64,000 bases of DNA from Nitrospirota bacterium (GTDB taxonomy: Bacteria; Nitrospirota; Thermodesulfovibrionia; Thermodesulfovibrionales; Dissulfurispiraceae), in assembly GCA_963790025.1 (NCBI GenBank), contig CAWBMP010000002.1, positions 512,001 through 576,000 of the forward strand. The letters run 5' to 3'. Numbering within the stretch: position 1 is the first letter of the stretch; each line of letters begins with the position of its first letter. Below the pieces are notes generated by a model. It was not told the origin of the DNA. It made no database searches and saw only the letters and a list, made by a program, of their open reading frames with translations. Shown here piece by piece: positions 18,180 to 27,290 of the stretch. The position numbers and the translations under genes were made by a program.

Positions 18180-19016
18180 GAACCCACGTCACTTCCCCGC
18201 TTCCCGGGAAAATCCTTTTCAAGATGATTTCGTTGCAAATTCCCTGTAATTTTCACGAACGTTATAAGCCTGCCAGATATCCTTATCATTTGCCTTTCCC
18301 GTTGCTGCAGAGAAACTCTAGGTAAGCACATAGAGAGTCCCCGACTTCAGGTGCCGTCCCGCCTGTGTCCTTTTGTTTCAGAGATCTTTCTAAAACTTTC
18401 CCCGGCTTTCCCAGCGCTCTCGATTATTTCCTGCGTCATTCCGGTCCTTACCGCTCCGGGCGCAACAGCGTTGATGCCAAATGCAGACACACGGCACTCT
18501 TCAGAAACTGTTTCGACCAGACGCAGCACGCCTGTCTTCGCCACTCCATAGGCAGAGAAATTAGGACGGGCGTGAGCCGCCACCCGAAAAATGGATGATT
18601 ATGCCGTAACGCTTTTCTTTCATATGGGGAATAATATATTTACATGAATAAAAGATACCGAACAGGTTTATTTCAATGGCCCTTGTCCATTCTGTGCTGT
18701 CCACATCTTCTATTTGTCCCTTGGGGCCGTATACGCCGGCATTATTGACAAATATGTCGATACTATTCAGATCATCAATACTCCTGGCGATGAAACTGTT
18801 CACATCGGACTCAACAGAGACATCGGCTTTTAATGAGATTATCTTCTGGCTTGGTCCAGCCATACACATCAGCCTCTCTCTCGCATTCTCAAGCTTAATA
18901 TCATCTCTAGCGCAAATTACCAGTGATGCTCCTTCTTTCACAAACTCTTCAGCAATTGCCAATCCGAGCCCCTGATTGGCGCCTGTAATAATAGCATTAC
19001 GGTTTTTCAGTCGCAC
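18180..19016 (-). pseudogene. Short-chain dehydrogenase/reductase, frameshifted with a degenerate C-terminus
   Basis: TGANQGLG and NNAG in 18561..19016; RPNFSAYGVAK (YxxxK) and NAVAPG in another frame (18347..18583); tail broken. Confidence 0.75.
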
Positions 19017-20307
19017 TCACGGGCCGCCACGGTATCATAGATTTATGTTATCCTTAGTCACTAAAAAGGCCCCGAACAAATCCGTTCTCAATGCACAACT
19101 TTACCTTTTAAAGAGCTCACGGATCTCTTGTCTATTTCCCGCAAAGAAGGGTGCTCGGTTGCAACAATAATGCAGCAGCTCCGAGCAGGGCATCTTCAGA
19201 AGATGCCGCAAGGGTAATGATTCCCTTCAAATTGTCGGGCAATTCCTGAACATGCGGGTCAACTGCCGAATAATAGCCCCTTGACTGTTCAGCCACTTAC
19301 ATAATTCAACCGACCAGGACCTCCTGAGAGCGCCGGTCCCGGGCTTATACGTCAGACCCAAAACAGTGATTGCCCTGCCCTTCAAATCCTTTAGGTATTC
19401 CATGCACTTTCTTTTTGCCCAGTCCTTATGGTGTGCGTTACTCTCTCTTACGGCCTCAAACAGATAATTGATACGCTTGTGCTCCTCTCCGATTTTAATA
19501 AGAAAATTTATGTCTCTAGCCAATGTGCCGCCGGCGAAAGCTGACCCCGGCTTAACATATGCCTTTTGTCCGATCCTCTCCTCTGTCTTCAGTCCCCGTT
19601 CCACTTCAAGGGCATCAGCGCCCACTGATTCGCACAACGCAGCTATTTCATCCGCAAAAACAATCGATATTGCAAGGAATGCATTGATTGCATGCTTCGT
19701 GATCTCTGCGGATGCAATTCCCATCCATTCAAGCCGATCGCTTATGGATGAAAAAATTGGACTAATTAATGCAATATCCTGCCTTTTCCGAACACCGATT
19801 ACTATCCTGTCCGGGTTCTCAAATACCTGAATTGCTTTTCCCAGCCGCAGGTTTTCGGGAGAGTAGAGCAAAAATAAAATTACGGTCGAGGAAACGCTCA
19901 CTTGAAGGTATTTTTCAATCCTTTCGGCAAAATGTACGGGCACCTGGGATGATATGATAATCCTGCCTATCCGGCTCCCGCCGAAAATCCGATATGCACC
20001 GTATCTTCCATTCTATGAAGTCAATGTCCGCCAGGTCATCCTCGTCAACCGGGGTATCAAATGCAATCCATACAGCATCGGCATCTTTTAGAGCGGCTGC
20101 AGGATCATCAGTAAAATCAAGACTTCTATCTTCGAGCCCTTGTCGTACTAATTCCTCAAGCCCCGGTTCATATACAGGGAGCTGTCCCTTCTTCAATCCG
20201 GAAATAGTTTCTTTATCATAGTCCAGTCCCGTTACGGCAAGTCCTCTCCGGGCCATACAGGCAGCAATAACGGTCCCAAGATGCCATAGCCCGAAAACAC
20301 AAATATT
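19017..20307 (-). pseudogene. UDP-glucose/GDP-mannose dehydrogenase-like protein (LmbL-like), fragmented, start codon not found
   Basis: ICVFGLWHLGTV near 20304, PVYEPGL, YSPENLRLG, AEITKHAINAFLA, GGTLARD (Thr where the family has catalytic Cys), LGLTYKPGT, spread over several frames. Confidence 0.75.
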
Positions 20308-21256
20308 CTCCTTTCAAACACCCAGGGGTTTTCTTCAGAAATTCCACTGTCCTGATAACAGCGTCCTGTATTGTCAGCCTGGGCCGCCACCCGAGGTTCC
20401 TGATCCTCGAGCAGTCCAGAAAAATAAACGGGCTGTCGCCAATCCATCCCCGCTCTCCGCCTGCATATTTCAGTGCAGGCTTAATCCCCAGATTTTCAGT
20501 AATCCAGGCGATGGAATTATTGACTTCACAGTATTCATCTGTTCCAAGATTTAGAATGTTCACTTTCTCATGGGCCTTATCGGCAGCGAGGAGCATCGCA
20601 TCGATACAATCCTGAACATAAAGGTATGACTTCCGCTGGTGTCCGTTTCCCAGGACGAACAATTCGTTAGGATTTGCCAGCAGCTTATTGTAAAAATCGA
20701 AGACATGCCCGTGAGTGTACCGCTCTCCCAGAATGGAAACGAATCTAAAAATCCACGCCTGGAAGCCGAAGCCTTCACAGTAGGCCGAAATCAAACTTTC
20801 TCCTGCAAGCTTGGAGGCGCCGTAAAGCGATGTCTGGACAGGGAACGGAGCGTTTTCCGGCGTAGGGAAAACATCCGGCTCTCCGTAAACAGAACCCGTT
20901 GAGGAGAAGGCTATCTTTTTAATTCCATTTGCCCTCATCGCCTCAAGGACATTAAATGTTGCAATAGTATTCTGCTCAAGATCTTTACGTGGGTGTTCCG
21001 TCCCAAAACGGACGTCCGCATTGGCTGCAAAGTGAAAAACAAAATCGCAACCCTGCATAGCCGCGTTCAGGGTTTCCGTATTGAGAAGGTCGTCCCTCAC
21101 AAGGATAAACCTCTTCGAACTTCCAGCCAGTTCGATGAACTCTTCGAACCCTGTTGAAAAATTGTCATATCCAACCACATAATGCCCATCCTGCAGAAGC
21201 CGGTCTGTCAGGGAACTTCCGATAAAACCGGCGCATCCCGTTATAAAATAGCGCAT
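20216..21256 (-). CDS. NAD-dependent nucleotide-sugar epimerase (LmbM-like by context); last codons appear frameshifted
   Basis: TGCAGFIGS, HFAANADV, SSTGSVYG, YGASK; the natural tail ENPWVFERR lies in another frame near 20330. Confidence 0.82.
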   Translation of the reverse strand: MRYFITGCAGFIGSSLTDRLLQDGHYVVGYDNFSTGFEEFIELAGSSKRFILVRDDLLNTETLNAAMQGCDFVFHFAANADVRFGTEHPRKDLEQNTIATFNVLEAMRANGIKKIAFSSTGSVYGEPDVFPTPENAPFPVQTSLYGASKLAGESLISAYCEGFGFQAWIFRFVSILGERYTHGHVFDFYNKLLANPNELFVLGNGHQRKSYLYVQDCIDAMLLAADKAHEKVNILNLGTDEYCEVNNSIAWITENLGIKPALKYAGGERGWIGDSPFIFLDCSRIRNLGWRPRLTIQDAVIRTVEFLKKTPGCLKGEYLCFRAMASWDRYCCLYGPERTCRNGTGL

Positions 21257-21265
21257 ATCATATCC

Positions 21266-22672
21266 TCATTTTTCTCCTTTCCTGTCTTCGTACAACGTTC
21301 CAAACCTGAATCTGAACAATGCCCAGATCCATAACAGCGGGTCCTTAATTAAAGAAACTTTTTTCCCTTGCTTGAACGAACGGGAATTATAATTTACAGG
21401 AATTTCCAGCGGCCGGTATCCTTTTCTCAATAATTTTATTACAATTTCCCAGTCAAAATCAAATCTGTTCGCCTTGAATGTCAACCCATAAAGACAATCG
21501 CGCCGGAAGATTTTATACATGGTAAACGGATCTTTCAGCTTTGAACCGCAAAAAAGATTCAAAAGGGAAGTGAAAAAAATCTGCCCAAAATTCATGATCA
21601 GCGACATCTGGGGTTGATCGGTAAAATGGCGCATTTTCCAGCCTTTTGAATGCCGAGACCCGAGAACAAACGCCTTTTGGTATTTCATAAGGGGTTCCAG
21701 CAGTTCATCGTAATCGTTAAGATCATATTCAAGGTCCCCGTCCTGGATCATTATGAAATCCCCGGCAGCGTATTGCAACCCTGTTCGGACCGCATGCCCC
21801 TTCCCTTGAGGCCTGTCCTCGAATACGAGCCTGACTCCCGGGGTGTCTTTGTAGCGCAGTACCTCTTCCCGGGTTCCATCAGTCGAATTGCTTTCCACAA
21901 CGATGACTTCTCTGTCCAGCCCCGGCAGTTCCTTTGCAAGCAGCGTTTCCATGAGTTCCGGAAAGGTTTCCTTTTCGTTGTAAACCGGTAAAATAACAGA
22001 AAGAGCAGGCTTGCTTTTCGCAGGCGACTTCCGGGACATGACAACCATAAACTGCTTGTTGCGGGAAATGCCGACATCGCGGAACCATGTCTTTGCCAGG
22101 GCATTCTGTATTGTCTGGGAATCGAAATAGTGAAGGTAATCGACCGGAACACCACCTCCGTTGCCGGTCACTGAGCTTTTGGGCCCGATATCGCATGAAG
22201 GAGTGGCAATCAAGAGACGGCCATCCGGTTTGAGTGCAGAATGTACCTTGAGCAACAGTTCTATGGGGTCCCGAACATGCCCGATAACATCAAACAAGGC
22301 ACAGACGTCGAACTGGCCGGAAGGCAGGTTTCCATATCCGGAAATATCGATGGACTGTACTTCAAACCCCGCCTCCATCGCCGCCGTGATCAAAGATCCA
22401 TTGCTGGAGCCGATTTCGAGAAGTCTTCCTTTTTCCTGGCCCGAATAATCAAGCAGACTCTTAAGAAATAATGGCACATCATAAAAACGGCTTTCATCAT
22501 GACGCCGCTGCAACCTTTCATCAGCCGGCTGCGGATTAAGGAAAACAAAGCCGCAGTCCTCGCATTGATATACAGCTTTCCCGTTCCTTACAAACGAATA
22601 ATGGATCCGGTTGCTGTCGCAAAGATAACAAGCGGGTTTGAAATTTGTTTCATTTTTAATTAGCAGGATCAA
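21266..22672 (-). CDS. Fusion of a Zn-ribbon/class I methyltransferase-like domain and a DPM-synthase-like GT2
   Basis: CYLC..CEDC, LLEIGSSNG, DVIGHVRDP; then SVILPVYNE, SNSTDGT, GKGHAVR, IQDGDLEY, GSR, DPFTMYK, EIPVNY. Confidence 0.85.
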   Translation of the reverse strand: MILLIKNETNFKPACYLCDSNRIHYSFVRNGKAVYQCEDCGFVFLNPQPADERLQRRHDESRFYDVPLFLKSLLDYSGQEKGRLLEIGSSNGSLITAAMEAGFEVQSIDISGYGNLPSGQFDVCALFDVIGHVRDPIELLLKVHSALKPDGRLLIATPSCDIGPKSSVTGNGGGVPVDYLHYFDSQTIQNALAKTWFRDVGISRNKQFMVVMSRKSPAKSKPALSVILPVYNEKETFPELMETLLAKELPGLDREVIVVESNSTDGTREEVLRYKDTPGVRLVFEDRPQGKGHAVRTGLQYAAGDFIMIQDGDLEYDLNDYDELLEPLMKYQKAFVLGSRHSKGWKMRHFTDQPQMSLIMNFGQIFFTSLLNLFCGSKLKDPFTMYKIFRRDCLYGLTFKANRFDFDWEIVIKLLRKGYRPLEIPVNYNSRSFKQGKKVSLIKDPLLWIWALFRFRFGTLYEDRKGEK

Positions 22673-25611
22673 TCTTTGTTTCCGCGAACTTTAAAAAAAA
22701 GAACACAGACCCCTGCAAAGGAGGCAGCCGATATGAAAAGCCCGTACATAAAAGACTTTGGCCGGTATTTAAACTTTATTATATGCGGACCGGCCTCAAG
22801 GGCCACTCCCCTGAACAAATAATCGGCTTTTAATATTTTGGTTTCCCTTCCGTCGACGTCTACCTGCCATCCCGGATAGTTGCTGTCATTAAGCATTAGA
22901 ATCCCGGGCTCTTTCATATCAGCGCTCACCACTACTTCCTGCGATTGATAGGAAAGGATCCTGGCAGGCTCCACTTTTTGAGGAGGCGCCTGACTGATAG
23001 TCCGCACAAGAGATATTTCGCTTTCTTTGCATTGTGAGCAATCGATAATCGCTTTTTCAAATATATTAAAAGACCGGTCCTTCAGCCGCGCCAAAACAGT
23101 ATCTTTATTATCGATCATTTCCGCGCTATAAAAAACAGACGCCCTCGGTAGAACGTCGGGGAATTCATAAATAAACACCTCTTTGTCATAGATCATCCTG
23201 AATGGCGCATTATTGTCATAGATTTTGCTGGATGGCACTTTCCCGCCCGCAAATCCTATGTCTCCCCAACCTGCCCAATCAGCCCTGTTGTCACCCTTCG
23301 GTCCGGGGTCGGTGGAAAAAAGTAAAGTCACATCTTTCCCTGCGTATTTGCTGAGGTCAAGCTCATATGCATGCCACTTTCTTTCAGACACGTTATGTTT
23401 GGGGTCTATGTACTTGTAAAATATTTTTTGAATACCTGCATCGGAAGTTTTGATCTCTATAGTGAACCCGACGCCATCCCCAATCACCTTCCCTTTGTAC
23501 ACATCGGGATGTATGCCGATCGCAAATTTCAGGAGCGCAGTATCCTTATTGATTACGGTCCTGTATGGAAGTCTGAAGGAAGGAGGGTGTTGGAAAAGGA
23601 CGTTTTTCCTGACTCCTGCTATTGCAAAACATTGCGGGCCGTCCCCAATATGGCCTTCCCTCTGATACTTCTCAATAAAATTGGCCTGTTTAAGTTGGGC
23701 AAATATATCACTCGTCATGCCCGTAAAAGTAGGATAAATGCTCAACAGATATTTTACCGAGGAAAGCTGCAGAAACCGCTTTCCATTAACAGTAATAAAA
23801 TCATATCTCTTATCGCCGGTGCCTGTAAACCTGTCTGAAAGATCACTGTTTATTTTGGAAAGATCACCGTTTATCGATGACTTGTCATTTTCGCCAAGAA
23901 AAAAACTCCTGATAAACGATCTATAGGCAGAATAGTACATTGCGTCAAGTGATCGAACATCGTAAAGTCCGAAAACCCCGGCCCAGTTGGGATAAAGCAC
24001 ACCCTCTACGCCAAAAACCCTGGAATAATCCCGATTACTTTTTTTTATAAAACTGATGTAAGGGGCCCCCTGATACGGATTTATGGTACGGTCGGGAAGC
24101 CGGCATAGGGTGTAAAAGGACGGGATAAAGTTCAGCGCTATCTCTATGAGCAGTACTGAAAGCGAGGAAATAATAATCCATTTTTTTTCGGAATATTTCC
24201 CGTACAGGTAGAACAGTATATATCCGTTGGCTAGCAGGACCAGGAATGCGGTGACCAGAAAAGTCACGTTCTTAATCGTGTGGAACTCAGGCTTGAACTT
24301 TAAGGAAAGTGCCCCGACAATAGAGACCGTTAAACAAAAAGCAATCCTTAAATATCGATTCTTAATATTCATGTTTAATGTCGAGAAGCCTATCGCCGCA
24401 AGTACTGCAACCGCAAATGAGAGCATACCCTCCTGGTATTTTGGATACATTATAAACTTCGAAAGGGGAAGATATCCGATCCAGTTGACCGGAGCTACGC
24501 CGAAATGCTTCATGAACATCGAAACAACGGAAACGGCAAAAAACACCACAAGCGTCCCGATCACAGTTGTTTCCTGTTTCCACGGCGGCCTGAAATATAC
24601 CACAATTGCAGTTAAGGCAAAAATAAATGGAGTGATTCCCCAGTAATACTCAGTCTGTGTGGATCCGAAAGCATGAGGTACGAGAAAGAAAAGAGTGTTC
24701 CTGAATTCATCCATCCCATGATGAAGTATACCGTAAATCATTCCGGTATGCTCGAACTGGTGACTATTAAACGAATTTTTCAGGAACTCCAGGAAGGGGA
24801 GCAGAAGAAAGGCCGACAATGAAAAACCGAGCACATTGGCGATGACAAAAACCTTCACCAGGCCCCATTTTTCCCGCGTTAGAGAGTCGTCGGTGAGAAG
24901 CCTGAAAATAAAATACATATACCCGAAATTCAGTACCAGGAAGGTGGATTCAGGCATTCCGCCCATAACAGAAAAGAAAACCGCGGCAGTAATCGCAATA
25001 ATGCTCTTTGGGCCCCCCTTTCTTAAAAGCATCTCAAAAGAGCAGAAGACCGCGGGCAGCATAACATCCACGCTGATATGAGGCATATTCAGATAAGTTA
25101 TATAATATCCTGAGAACATGAATATTATCGAACCCGCAAAGGAGGAAACATCATCTACAAAAAACCTCAGGAAGATATAACAGAACATCCCTGCAACAAA
25201 CAGGCGAAGTATCAGATAAAGATCATAGGTATACTCCGTGGTATGCAAAGCGAGCAGCAATGAAGGCGGATAGAAAGGCTGCGACTGCATGTTAGCAGCC
25301 AAAGGAGTTCCATAGGCGCTGTAAGGGTTCCAGAAGGGGAGGTTTCTTTCCTTCGCAAGCTCATAATTCATGATCTTGAACCAGGGTTCGGACTGCCAGG
25401 CGGGAGCGCCCGGGTCCCTTGTGCGTTCTCCTTTTAGCCCCCGAACATCTCCGTAAGCCCCGTTTGGCATGATACTCGCAGTGTTTCCGATGCCGAGCAT
25501 CAATGACTTATTACCCCAGATAACCGGGAAGAAGGCTGCATTTAGAACAACAATCAGGACCAAACCCGCGCGGAGACATTCGTTTTTCAGTAATTTGCCC
25601 GTAAACTGCAT
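22669..25611 (-). CDS. YfhO-family GT-C membrane glycosyltransferase with an inserted beta-sandwich domain
   Basis: PFWNPYSAYGTPLAANMQSQPFYP, many TM segments, VLPRA, C-terminal DSNYPGWQVDVDG...FRGVAL..GPH.IKFKYRP. Confidence 0.82.
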   Translation of the reverse strand: MQFTGKLLKNECLRAGLVLIVVLNAAFFPVIWGNKSLMLGIGNTASIMPNGAYGDVRGLKGERTRDPGAPAWQSEPWFKIMNYELAKERNLPFWNPYSAYGTPLAANMQSQPFYPPSLLLALHTTEYTYDLYLILRLFVAGMFCYIFLRFFVDDVSSFAGSIIFMFSGYYITYLNMPHISVDVMLPAVFCSFEMLLRKGGPKSIIAITAAVFFSVMGGMPESTFLVLNFGYMYFIFRLLTDDSLTREKWGLVKVFVIANVLGFSLSAFLLLPFLEFLKNSFNSHQFEHTGMIYGILHHGMDEFRNTLFFLVPHAFGSTQTEYYWGITPFIFALTAIVVYFRPPWKQETTVIGTLVVFFAVSVVSMFMKHFGVAPVNWIGYLPLSKFIMYPKYQEGMLSFAVAVLAAIGFSTLNMNIKNRYLRIAFCLTVSIVGALSLKFKPEFHTIKNVTFLVTAFLVLLANGYILFYLYGKYSEKKWIIISSLSVLLIEIALNFIPSFYTLCRLPDRTINPYQGAPYISFIKKSNRDYSRVFGVEGVLYPNWAGVFGLYDVRSLDAMYYSAYRSFIRSFFLGENDKSSINGDLSKINSDLSDRFTGTGDKRYDFITVNGKRFLQLSSVKYLLSIYPTFTGMTSDIFAQLKQANFIEKYQREGHIGDGPQCFAIAGVRKNVLFQHPPSFRLPYRTVINKDTALLKFAIGIHPDVYKGKVIGDGVGFTIEIKTSDAGIQKIFYKYIDPKHNVSERKWHAYELDLSKYAGKDVTLLFSTDPGPKGDNRADWAGWGDIGFAGGKVPSSKIYDNNAPFRMIYDKEVFIYEFPDVLPRASVFYSAEMIDNKDTVLARLKDRSFNIFEKAIIDCSQCKESEISLVRTISQAPPQKVEPARILSYQSQEVVVSADMKEPGILMLNDSNYPGWQVDVDGRETKILKADYLFRGVALEAGPHIIKFKYRPKSFMYGLFISAASFAGVCVLFFKVRGNKD

Positions 25612-25625
25612 AATTTATAAATGCC

Positions 25626-27290
25626 TCAACACCCAGAGTCAGTTTGCTTCTGTGGAATGGCCCTTGAGTAAGCGATTGCAAAGCACAACCAAAATAAAAA
25701 GTTCAACCTATAGGTCATTAGTAGAGCAATGTCGAATATCTGCATCAGGAGCACCGCGCTTACAGATGTCAGGAGTATCGAATCAAAATCCTGCAATTTC
25801 CAGTAAACTGCTTTTCGTGCGAAACGGTGCAGGGAAACAATTAATACATATAAAAACAGGCATATGATCATCATTGTAAACGGCACACCTATTTCAGCAG
25901 CCAGCTGCAGAAAAATATCGTGAGCATGCGTGCCATATGCCCCATAAAGCCTCTGTGCGCACTCTTCCCTCACCATGCCCAGACCCCATCCCGTTAGAGG
26001 CCGTTCCCTCACAAGCTGCATAGCGCAGGAATATGTCTCCGCCCTGCCCCTGAGAAAATATCGATGGCCCGAATCCCAGAACCTGATCACTGACGGGGAA
26101 ATATCATTCTTGACAAATATAGCAGGCTCACCCCAATTGAACGACGTTATAAGCAATAATACAATTATGCAGCAGGCAACCGCCTTTAACAGCGCCATCG
26201 TTCTTTTATACGGAACAGAACAGAATAAGGCTGTCAGTATGACCGCCACCATTGCATTCCGGGAACCGGCGAATAGTATCAGGAGCAGGGAAAAAAACAG
26301 GCACGCGCCTGAAAAAATAATGCGGCCCCACCGCCATGAAACGGCCTTATCATAAGTTTTAATGTCCCTGATTTCCCTCAAAAGCAAACCTAATGAATCC
26401 ATGAGTATGACCGCCACCATTGCATGCCGCGAACGGAAGAACAGCAGCACGACCGCGGAAAAAAACAGACACGCGCCTGAAAAAATAATGCGGCCCCACC
26501 GCCATGAAACGGCCTTATCATAAGTTTTAATGTCCCTGATTTCCCTCAAAAGCAAACCTAATGAATCCATGAGTATGACCGCCACCATTGCATGCCGCGA
26601 ACGGAAGAACAGCAGCACGACCGCGGAAAAAAACAGACACGCGCCTGAAAAAATAATGCGGCCCCACCGCCATGAAACGGCCTTGTCATAAGTTTTAATG
26701 TCCCTGATTTCCCTCAAAAGCAAACCTAATGAAACAGTAAAAGCGATGACGAGGTAAATTGCGAAAATATTAGGATTGTAAAGCGTCGCGGAGAGCGGCA
26801 GGTTTGGCTCATAAGAGCCGACAAATATGTCAACTATCGGGACATTATTCATAACAAGCTGTACCGATCCGTGCCAATGGTAATATTTCTCCAGGACTCC
26901 TATCAGAAATTGTTGAGGGACAGTCATAAGCAATGCATACGAGAAATGCTCGCATTCGGAGTCAGAAAACGGAACTAGACTCATTACGTAAAAAAATATG
27001 AAGAGCGGCACATAACGGGTAAATGCTACGAAGCCGGGTGAGTATTGCTCAGGCAGCACCTTCTTGTGAAACATCCACAGCGATATGATTAATATGATAA
27101 GACCAATTGCAACTTTCTCCTTATCGAGTCTTATTTCCCGGAATTGCAAAAAAGTTGCCATGGCAGCGGCAGCATAAAACACTATGACAAGTAGAGGGCT
27201 GACAACAAAAAACAATGTCCCCAGGACCAGAAGGAATTCGCGGGATGAAACAGTGTCTTTAGTTATTGCAAAAGACTCAGTTTTTTTCAT
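25626..27290 (-). CDS. O-antigen ligase / Wzy_C family membrane protein with an internal triple repeat
   Basis: NPNIFA, GSRNA, RPLTGWGLG, HAHDIFLQLAAEIG. Confidence 0.82.
   Translation of the reverse strand: MKKTESFAITKDTVSSREFLLVLGTLFFVVSPLLVIVFYAAAAMATFLQFREIRLDKEKVAIGLIILIISLWMFHKKVLPEQYSPGFVAFTRYVPLFIFFYVMSLVPFSDSECEHFSYALLMTVPQQFLIGVLEKYYHWHGSVQLVMNNVPIVDIFVGSYEPNLPLSATLYNPNIFAIYLVIAFTVSLGLLLREIRDIKTYDKAVSWRWGRIIFSGACLFFSAVVLLFFRSRHAMVAVILMDSLGLLLREIRDIKTYDKAVSWRWGRIIFSGACLFFSAVVLLFFRSRHAMVAVILMDSLGLLLREIRDIKTYDKAVSWRWGRIIFSGACLFFSLLLILFAGSRNAMVAVILTALFCSVPYKRTMALLKAVACCIIVLLLITSFNWGEPAIFVKNDISPSVIRFWDSGHRYFLRGRAETYSCAMQLVRERPLTGWGLGMVREECAQRLYGAYGTHAHDIFLQLAAEIGVPFTMMIICLFLYVLIVSLHRFARKAVYWKLQDFDSILLTSVSAVLLMQIFDIALLMTYRLNFLFWLCFAIAYSRAIPQKQTDSGC
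26236..26733. repeat. In-frame tandem repeat, about 3 x 168 bp (56 aa)
   Basis: ttccctcaaaagcaaacctaatgaa starts at 26373, 26541 and 26709 (period 168); the peptide SLGLLLREIRDIKTYDKAVSWRWGRIIFSGACLFFS occurs three times. Confidence 0.95.

Noticed and set aside
13596..21256. A lincosamide antibiotic biosynthetic cluster
   Set aside because: No amino-acid activation, condensation, thiol-transfer or resistance genes; the context is entirely surface glycan.
26236..26733. 168-bp repeat as a possible CRISPR array or mobile element
   Set aside because: No unique spacers, the unit is too long, it is in frame within a CDS, and no cas or transposase genes are present.
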